DNA of 18,038 nt from Sulfolobales archaeon (GTDB taxonomy: Archaea > Thermoproteota > Thermoprotei_A > Sulfolobales > AG1), in the NCBI GenBank assembly GCA_038867615.1, contig JAWBYA010000013.1:1-18038 (forward strand). The letters are read 5' to 3'. The translations under genes were made by a program, and so were the position numbers. The notes below the pieces were generated by a model, which saw only the letters and a list, made by a program, of their open reading frames with translations, made no database searches and was not told where the DNA came from. Within the stretch, counting starts at the first letter, position 1, and every line of letters begins with the position of its first letter. Of the stretch, positions 1-6,331 are shown piece by piece.

Positions 1-64
1 GGTGGGTTAAATAAAAGCCGGGGTGTGGGGGTTTCTCTGCGGCATTGGGTTGGGGTCGAGGGTA

Positions 65-150
65 TGGGCTTCGATGAAAGGATCCCTGGGGCCGGTGAAG
101 CCAAGGACTGAGCAGTTGGTACAAAATACCAAACCACATTGAAATCCGAA
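65..150 (+). ncRNA. Candidate structured small RNA or IS200/IS605 (tnpB) 3'-end remnant
   Basis: GGCTTC (67-72) pairs with GAAGCC (97-102). Box-C-like TCGATGA (71-77) and box-D CTGA (108-111). Hairpin TTGGTA-caaaa-TACCAA (116-132). TATA-like TTAAATAA at 7-14. Frame 2 reads WASMKGSLGPVKP, which from memory resembles crenarchaeal TnpB C-terminal tails (not verified). Confidence 0.3.
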
Positions 151-171
151 CTCCCGCTAAGAACCCCTAAC

Positions 172-179
172 TATATAAG
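172..179 (+). promoter_or_regulatory. Putative TATA box for the CdvB-like gene
   Basis: TATATAAG ending about 24 nt before the TTG at 203. Confidence 0.5.
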
Positions 180-202
180 GGAGTGATGAAGCAAGAGATA
201 GC

Positions 203-832
203 TTGGATGACGTGATTATGATAAACATACTTGGTTCCAATATGCTGGGCTTCGGAGACAATAACAAGTTTAAAAAGAAAAAGGAGAGAGTTGAAAGTAC
301 CCTGATAATGCTCAGAAGCTTCGTATCAAGGATAGATAACTATATACATAGGCTTGAGGAGAGGGAGAAACAACTCTTCGAGAAAGTAGTAGATCTAACA
401 ACGATGGGAGATGATGCTAGAGCTATGATCGTTGCTGGAGAGATTCAGCAGATAAGGAGTGTGCTTAGACACCTCACTGCATTGAGATACATTATGGAAG
501 GCATAGTATTGAAGATAGAGAACTATATAGCGATAGGAGAAGCCATGGGTTCTATAGGTCCCGCATTATCAGCCCTGAGAGAGATAAGAGGGGTTTTTAA
601 GGGCCTGATCCCAAGCATAGAGATGGAGGCCCAGCTAATAGAAAACAGCCTAAGAGATCTTATAAGCAGTACAGGGGAATACATACCACCAACAACATGG
701 TATAGCCCACAAAGCACAAATGAGGCTAAAAAGATATTGGAGGAAGCATATGCGGTTGCCGAGAAAAGATTGAGAGAAACATTCCCCCAGGTGAAAAGAA
801 GCAGCGAGAAAAACAGCATGGAGATCAGATAA
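203..832 (+). CDS. ESCRT-III/Snf7-family protein, CdvB paralog (CdvB1/B2-like)
   Basis: 209-aa all-helical protein with Snf7-core pattern (RLEEREKQLFEKVV...ARAMIVAGEIQQIR...MEGIVLKIE) and C-terminal helix EAKKILEEAYAVAEKRLRETFP. No C-terminal winged-helix extension. Start uncertain: TTG203, ATG218 or ATG242. Confidence 0.85.
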   Translation: MDDVIMINILGSNMLGFGDNNKFKKKKERVESTLIMLRSFVSRIDNYIHRLEEREKQLFEKVVDLTTMGDDARAMIVAGEIQQIRSVLRHLTALRYIMEGIVLKIENYIAIGEAMGSIGPALSALREIRGVFKGLIPSIEMEAQLIENSLRDLISSTGEYIPPTTWYSPQSTNEAKKILEEAYAVAEKRLRETFPQVKRSSEKNSMEIR

Positions 833-1308
833 ACAACACACCATCAATATTAATCTATGCAGAACATCTCTACTATTTAAAACCCTCATCATGTTCGAGA
901 AAATATGCGCAAATCTACCCAAAGAGAAACAAACACGCTAGGAAAACCTTACACCAAGACTCCGTAACACCGTGGCAAGTTGATCCAGTTCCACATAGTT
1001 TGTAGTAGTTATTACCACCCCACATGCTAGATCTCCGTTATCCTATATATACCTATATTCTGAAAATACGTACTACAGGAATGCCACCCACAATATATGT
1101 GTTGCATATAACGAGCTGGTTTGGTTAAAAGTTTTCCGCAATAACAGGCCAGAGACAGAACATAAAAAGGGAATTATGGGCAAGGCCGTGCCGTGTGATA
1201 GCAGCCATGGATCTCGGTGATGATACTACAGATCATCATATGTATTCAAAATAACTCTATTCTATATTCTATATATTACTGTTCGTGTTTTGTCTCATAT
1301 ATTGTAAT

Positions 1309-1345
1309 GTAATATTTATATTACGCCTTAGTATTAAGTAATACT
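1309..1345 (+). promoter_or_regulatory. Promoter of the cstA-like gene with overlapping palindromes
   Basis: TTTATA at 1315-1320 lies inside GTAATA-ttta-TATTAC (1309-1324). A second palindrome AGTATTA-ag-TAATACT spans 1330-1345. Confidence 0.6.
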
Positions 1346-1349
1346 GAAG

Positions 1350-3128
1350 GTGTACAAATTGCTGGACACACCAATGCCTTATATATTAATAGGACTTGTA
1401 ATATACGCGATAGCATATGCTATATATTCAAAGTATATTGATAAGAGGATATGGCAGTCGGATCCAAGCAGACCAACACCAGCTAAGCAGTATTTCGACG
1501 GTGTTGAGTACTTCCCCATAAGCAAATATGTCCTCTACGGATACCAGTTCAAAAGCGTAGCAGCTCTGGGACCAATAGTAGGTCCTCTAGTAGCGGTGGG
1601 GTTCTACGGGTGGCTTCCTGCACTGATATGGCTGATCGTTGGTAACTTCTTCATAGGCTGGGTTCAGGATTACTCAGCTATGATGATGTCAGTAAGAAAT
1701 GATGGGAGATCCATGGGGCCTATAACATACGAGCTTCTGGGTAATAGAGCGAGACAGCTACTCTTAGGATACCTGATAGCCTATCTAATAATAATAACCT
1801 CTGTATTCGCATGGGTTATAACCACGGTGTTTAACCAGATCCCAGGCACATTCATACCAATACTATTCATACTATTCACAGGCGTGATCTTCGGACACCT
1901 AGTATTTCGACTAAAGATCGATGTCCTTATAGCAACAATCGTGGCCTTAGTGCTTGTATTCGCAGGGATCGTTCTCACAGTAACATTCCCACAGCTGAGA
2001 GCCCCGGGAACCAACTTCCTCGACGACCCAAGAACATTGCCGCTCGATGTGAGAACATTCCCAACGCAGCCTGGAACATTTACAGTACTCTTCTGGCTCA
2101 TAGTCCTGGCTATTATATACTATATAGGCGCGGTGACACCGATGCCTAGGTTTCTATTACCAACAGTATATGTTGGATACCTACCAGCAATCATAGCCCT
2201 AATCCTAGTGATCATAGCTGCGCTTGCAACCCCATTTACAGGGTTAAAGATAGCACAAGCCCCGGTAAAGAATTTATGGCCAACAAACCCACTTGAAAAC
2301 CCACAAACAGGCCCATTATGGCCAATACTTTTTGTCACAATAGCATGTGGAGCTATATCTGGGTGGCATAGCCTAGTCTCAAGCGGGCTTACGTCAAAGC
2401 AGCTTGAGTTTGAGACAGATGCCAGACCCGTTGGTGGAGGGGCTATGATCACAGAAGGCATCGTTGGGCTATCCTCAGTAGCCTCAGTAATGATCCTGGC
2501 AACATACCCACTAGCAGCAGGAGCATATGTAACTGGCGCGTCGACACTTACATCAGCCCTAACAGGTATTTCGAGGGATGCTATGAACCTATTCTATGCG
2601 ATGTTCGTAGCAGTTATGGGAATGATAACAAGCATGCTGTTTGTAAGAGTATGGAGAACCGTTTCTGCGGAATTGTTTGAGAGAAACATACTTGGCAATA
2701 GATGGGTCTCCCCACTGGTTCTCATAATAATAATGATCTTCCTAGCATTCACTGGAAGCTGGGTCAACCTATGGCTCCTCTTCGGAGGAACAAACCAGCT
2801 GCTCGCAGGATTAGCACTCCTACTAGTTGCCGTATACCTTGCCAAGGTAAAGAGACCAACGTGGTATGTTATATACCCCGGAATGTTCATGGCAATAACC
2901 ACCGTCGCAGCCCTACTCTGGGAGGCATATACGTATACAGCATATCTACTAGCCAACAGGCCAATCGGTGTCCAGGCAGCGGTTCAAGCAAAATTCGGAG
3001 CAGGTGTGGTTACGGTTTCAAACATGGTTTCAGCAGCGCTTGGTATTATTCTCGCTATCATGGGCGCCTTAATGACATACTATCTCTTTAGAGGCTATTT
3101 CAGGTACAGAGCAGCCGCTAAAGCCTAG
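1350..3128 (+). CDS. cstA: CstA (carbon starvation protein A) family membrane transporter, divergent subfamily
   Basis: 592-aa polytopic membrane protein with CstA motifs RPTPA...DGVEY, GPIVGP, YGWLPALIW, SVRNDGRS, PILFVTIACGAISGWHSLVSSG, GAMITEG, WLLFGGTNQLLAGLAL. Start may be TTG1359 (AGGTG upstream). Confidence 0.9.
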   Translation: MYKLLDTPMPYILIGLVIYAIAYAIYSKYIDKRIWQSDPSRPTPAKQYFDGVEYFPISKYVLYGYQFKSVAALGPIVGPLVAVGFYGWLPALIWLIVGNFFIGWVQDYSAMMMSVRNDGRSMGPITYELLGNRARQLLLGYLIAYLIIITSVFAWVITTVFNQIPGTFIPILFILFTGVIFGHLVFRLKIDVLIATIVALVLVFAGIVLTVTFPQLRAPGTNFLDDPRTLPLDVRTFPTQPGTFTVLFWLIVLAIIYYIGAVTPMPRFLLPTVYVGYLPAIIALILVIIAALATPFTGLKIAQAPVKNLWPTNPLENPQTGPLWPILFVTIACGAISGWHSLVSSGLTSKQLEFETDARPVGGGAMITEGIVGLSSVASVMILATYPLAAGAYVTGASTLTSALTGISRDAMNLFYAMFVAVMGMITSMLFVRVWRTVSAELFERNILGNRWVSPLVLIIIMIFLAFTGSWVNLWLLFGGTNQLLAGLALLLVAVYLAKVKRPTWYVIYPGMFMAITTVAALLWEAYTYTAYLLANRPIGVQAAVQAKFGAGVVTVSNMVSAALGIILAIMGALMTYYLFRGYFRYRAAAKA

Positions 3129-3147
3129 ATATAATCAATTATAATAA

Positions 3148-3153
3148 TTTTTT
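3148..3153 (+). terminator. Putative oligo-T terminator after cstA
   Basis: T6 run about 20 nt after the stop codon in an AT-rich spacer. Confidence 0.45.
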
Positions 3154-3203
3154 AATATAAATCCGATTTTCTAATTTATAGATTAGATAGATCCTTGTTG
3201 AAC

Positions 3204-3211
3204 TTATATTA
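3204..3211 (+). promoter_or_regulatory. Putative TATA box for the small-protein/ATPase operon
   Basis: TTATATTA about 23 nt upstream of the GGTGG RBS at 3234-3238. Confidence 0.45.
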
Positions 3212-3244
3212 ACCCTAGTGGCAGTATTATTTCGGTGGTAAATA

Positions 3245-3541
3245 CTGAGCAGTGGTAATCCAAGCGATACTAGTAGTAAGAAAGGTATTAGAGGCCTATT
3301 ATCACGATTAAGCGAAGCTGTATATGGAATCTCCCTCCATGGGCAGGTCACAGCAATAATGAAGGAGAAGATGTATATAGAGTATCTCTTCATGCTCATG
3401 ACTATAGGGGATATGATGGGGATCCCCCTGCTTCCACCATACTACACGCTCAGGCTCTTGCCATACATGGTTCCTAACATCAAGGGTTGGAAGCTAAGGA
3501 TGCTTCGAGAGAGGGACTTCACCGACATTGTAACCGGGTGA
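3245..3541 (+). CDS. Small CstA/ArsA-associated protein A (98 aa if started at CTG3245; the ORF track gives only 3359-3541)
   Basis: Frame open from 3242 (in-frame TAA at 3239-3241). Aligns without gaps to the 5560-5859 paralog upstream of ATG3359. Core motif G-D/E-x-x-GIP-x4-YY-x-LRLLPY...LRE-R/K-D. RBS GGTGG 6 nt before the CTG. Confidence 0.8.
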   Translation: MSSGNPSDTSSKKGIRGLLSRLSEAVYGISLHGQVTAIMKEKMYIEYLFMLMTIGDMMGIPLLPPYYTLRLLPYMVPNIKGWKLRMLRERDFTDIVTG

Positions 3542-3545
3542 TCCT

Positions 3546-4577
3546 ATGCCGAGGAGCGTTGGATTTAAGTACCTATTTGAGAAAAGACCTGAGCTCAAGA
3601 TAGCTATATTCGCTGGTAAGGGAGGGCTTGGCAAGACGACATCTAGCGCTGCGCTCTCCTATAAACTTTCCAGTATGGGTAAGAGGGTTCTCTGCTTCTC
3701 AACAGATCCTCAGGCCTCGCTGAGCGATATATTTGAGAAGGATCTATTTGGTAAAGGCGAGATAGAGATCTCTAAGAACCTCTATGTCCTAGAGATAGAT
3801 GCTGATAAAAGGATTAAGGAGTATGTCGACTCTATAAGACAGAAGATCAAGGATATGTATAAGATAGAGGAGATCCCCAGAGAAGTTGAGGATTATATTG
3901 AATCAGCTGTGGCCGAGCCTGCTATGTATGAATCAGCTGTATACGATGCAATGCTCGACGTGGTTTCGCAGAATAAGTATGACTTCTATGTCTTCGACAT
4001 GCCTCCCTTCGGACACGGGATAAGGATGGTTGCTATGGCAGATATTCTGAGCAAGTGGGTCGACAAAATAACAGAGGCTAGGAGGCAGGCGTACGAGTAT
4101 GAGAAGGTGGCCTCTAGACTTAAGAGGGAGAAGTATACGGAGAGAGAGGATCAGTTGTTAAAAGAGCTCGAGAGCATAAGAGATAGGATCGTTGGTTTCA
4201 GCAGATTAATAACAGATCCCAAGGGGACTGCATTCACAATGGTCCTGATCCCTGAGAAGATGGCTATAGTTGATACTGAGAAGGCCCTAAAAATGTTCGA
4301 AGAGCTGGGGCTGAGAATGTCTGGCGTTGTTGTCAACCAAGTCTATCCACCAGCGATCCTCGAAGACCCCAGGGCTCCCGAATATCTCAAGAAAAGGGTT
4401 GAGGCTCAGAAACCATTCTTGAGAGAGATATACGAGAAGTTCGAGAACCTCATACTAGCCATAATACCAATGCTCAGAAGAGAGCCTAGAGGACTTGAGA
4501 TGATAGAGGCTGTAGCCAAAGAGCTCTGGGAGTCTACCATAACCCTCGATGATCTTGAGGCTATATCCAAGAGGTGA
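3546..4577 (+). CDS. arsA: ArsA/Get3(TRC40)-family ATPase, subunit 1 (catalytic motifs largely intact)
   Basis: Deviant Walker A GKGGLGKTT, Switch I STDPQASLSD, Switch II DMPPFGH, IPEKMAIVDTE, VVVNQV. Single nucleotide-binding domain. Confidence 0.92.
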   Translation: MPRSVGFKYLFEKRPELKIAIFAGKGGLGKTTSSAALSYKLSSMGKRVLCFSTDPQASLSDIFEKDLFGKGEIEISKNLYVLEIDADKRIKEYVDSIRQKIKDMYKIEEIPREVEDYIESAVAEPAMYESAVYDAMLDVVSQNKYDFYVFDMPPFGHGIRMVAMADILSKWVDKITEARRQAYEYEKVASRLKREKYTEREDQLLKELESIRDRIVGFSRLITDPKGTAFTMVLIPEKMAIVDTEKALKMFEELGLRMSGVVVNQVYPPAILEDPRAPEYLKKRVEAQKPFLREIYEKFENLILAIIPMLRREPRGLEMIEAVAKELWESTITLDDLEAISKR

Positions 4578-4582
4578 TCACA

Positions 4583-5560
4583 ATGCCGATAATTAGAGGA
4601 GAGCAGAAATTCATATTCGTAGGGGGTAAGGGGGGCGTTGGAAAAACGGTGCTAGCATCCGCGATAGGACTTAACCTCGCAGAGCAGGGGTATAAGACGC
4701 TCATAGCCAGCTTCAACCCTGTCCACTCACTATCTTCGGTGTTTGAGCAAAACCTGTCGGGAGGATCTATAGTTGAGGTTAAAGGCGTAAGTAATCTATA
4801 CGCCGTAGAAGTAGAGATCGAGGATGTTGTTGCTAGGTATAAAGAGAGGATAACAAAACTTATAAGGGATTTCCTCAAATGGGCCGAGATCCCGATAGAC
4901 CCAAAGGGGTTTATAGAGATAGCGACAACAAACCCAGCATTCCAGGAAGCAGCCTCCTTTGATAAAATGATGGATCTTATACTCAACGAGTCAGAGAGGT
5001 TCGATAGAATCGTCTTTGACACAGCTGCTGTTGCTAATGCTATAAGGTTAATAGGTCTATCAAAGATCTATGGTCTCTGGCTCCAGAGGGTTATAAAATC
5101 GAGACAGGAGGCATTATCGCTCAGAGCCCAGCTAAGCTTTAGGAAAGATAAAGTGTTGGAAGAGATGAAGAGCGACCCGGTATTGATAGAACTCCTCGAG
5201 CTGTATAAGAGATATACCAGTGTGAAGAGCGTACTCACAGATCCCTCGAAAACCAGCTTTATATTCGTTACAATACCGACAATGCTATCCATATCTGTTG
5301 TGAGAAGGTTCATGGATATGGTGAAGGCCTATGAAATACCCTCCGGAGGTGTTGTAGTAAATATGCTTATACCCAAGGAGGAGGCTGATAAAGACGCTAC
5401 AGGCTTCCTCAAATCCAAGTTCGAGGAGCAGGAGAGAAATGTTGAATATATTAGAAAGCTGTTCGGAAACCAGCTCCTAGGATACATACCCCTATACCCT
5501 GAGGATATCGTTGGTATAGATAGGCTCAAAAGGCTCATAAAGGATCTCGAGGCACGATAA
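4583..5560 (+). CDS. arsA: ArsA/Get3-family ATPase, subunit 2 (degenerate catalytic motifs)
   Basis: Walker A GKGGVGKTV, Switch I SFNPVHSLSS, Switch II DTAAVANAIRL, VVVNML. GAGGTGA at 4571-4577 favours ATG4583; GTG4574 is the alternative. Confidence 0.9.
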   Translation: MPIIRGEQKFIFVGGKGGVGKTVLASAIGLNLAEQGYKTLIASFNPVHSLSSVFEQNLSGGSIVEVKGVSNLYAVEVEIEDVVARYKERITKLIRDFLKWAEIPIDPKGFIEIATTNPAFQEAASFDKMMDLILNESERFDRIVFDTAAVANAIRLIGLSKIYGLWLQRVIKSRQEALSLRAQLSFRKDKVLEEMKSDPVLIELLELYKRYTSVKSVLTDPSKTSFIFVTIPTMLSISVVRRFMDMVKAYEIPSGGVVVNMLIPKEEADKDATGFLKSKFEEQERNVEYIRKLFGNQLLGYIPLYPEDIVGIDRLKRLIKDLEAR

Positions 5561-5859
5561 TGAAAGGGATCACCGGTAGGCTTTCAACAACAGCTGATAG
5601 GGTTAAGAGGATAGTGAGTGACTTTATATTCGGTATGAGCACCTATGAGATATATAGGGAAACGCTCCATATAGCTAGGAGTTACAAGGATTCGGTATAT
5701 CTTCTACTACTAGGTGAATTCCTAGGAATACCTTTTATCTCTAACTACTATGCATTAAGACTACTCCCATACCTAGTGGGCGAGCTTGAGGCTTTTAAGA
5801 GGAGAAGCCTCAGAGAGAAAGATCTATTGGAGGTTGTGAGTGAGCTTGATGCGCACTGA
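5560..5859 (+). CDS. Small CstA/ArsA-associated protein B (paralog of protein A)
   Basis: TAATG stop/start overlap with the second ATPase. LGEFLGIPFISNYYALRLLPYL...SLREKD matches IGDMMGIPLLPPYYTLRLLPYM...MLRERD. Confidence 0.85.
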   Translation: MKGITGRLSTTADRVKRIVSDFIFGMSTYEIYRETLHIARSYKDSVYLLLLGEFLGIPFISNYYALRLLPYLVGELEAFKRRSLREKDLLEVVSELDAH

Positions 5860-6331
5860 GTCAAAGAACGTAGCGATAGCAGTAGGCAACATAATAACAG
5901 GGGTCTATAATTACCTTGTAATATCGATTCCGGTTGATTGGAGGATAGTGGTCATACCGATGAACTCGGATGTTTTTACAAGCACAAAACAAGGAAGCGT
6001 AAAATGGGTAAAAGAAGGGGAAGTAGAGCACGGGCTAGCAACACCTAAGGGTGAGATCATGCTTAGAATCAAGATATGGCCCGGCTTTAAAGAGCAGATG
6101 AGGATCAAGGATCTGAGGAGGGTTGAGAAGATATACGACCTAGTGATCTCTGGACATGGAGCGAAAGCCTATATATATAGGAAGAAACACGGATTAAGAA
6201 CAACCAGAACCCTGGGGATCCATCTATACTGCGGAATCACTGACAGAACCATGCTGATCGAATTTATAGGAGGTGAAGACTGGGTTGATGCCGTGCTAAA
6301 TAGTATAGGAGGTAGTATGTGTCATGTTTAG
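5840..6331 (+). CDS. Hypothetical protein (beta-rich, C-terminal Cys-His)
   Basis: 163-aa ORF overlapping both neighbours in the operon. Contains HLYCGITDRT and terminal SMCHV. No family recognised; start uncertain (GTG5840, TTG5846 or ATG5849). Confidence 0.7.
   Translation: MSLMRTESKNVAIAVGNIITGVYNYLVISIPVDWRIVVIPMNSDVFTSTKQGSVKWVKEGEVEHGLATPKGEIMLRIKIWPGFKEQMRIKDLRRVEKIYDLVISGHGAKAYIYRKKHGLRTTRTLGIHLYCGITDRTMLIEFIGGEDWVDAVLNSIGGSMCHV

Noticed and set aside
71-113. Canonical two-guide C/D box sRNA
   Set aside because: Only 30 nt between box C and box D and no convincing D'/C' pair leaving two 10-12-nt guides. Kept only as a K-turn-like element.
915-1025. 36-aa minus-strand ORF MWGGNNYYKLCGTGSTCHG... 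with four Cys, downstream of TATATATA (1044-1051)
   Set aside because: Short, no recognisable motif, and overlaps another open frame; not distinguishable from chance without expression data.
3139-3399. 86-aa minus-strand ORF between cstA and the ATPases
   Set aside because: Antisense to the extended small protein A and its promoter region; AT-rich and protein-unlike.
3546-5560. Arsenic-resistance operon, or a single two-domain ArsA broken by frameshift
   Set aside because: No ars partner genes or metalloid-binding Cys. Each ORF is a full single domain and the second has its own GAGGTGA RBS.
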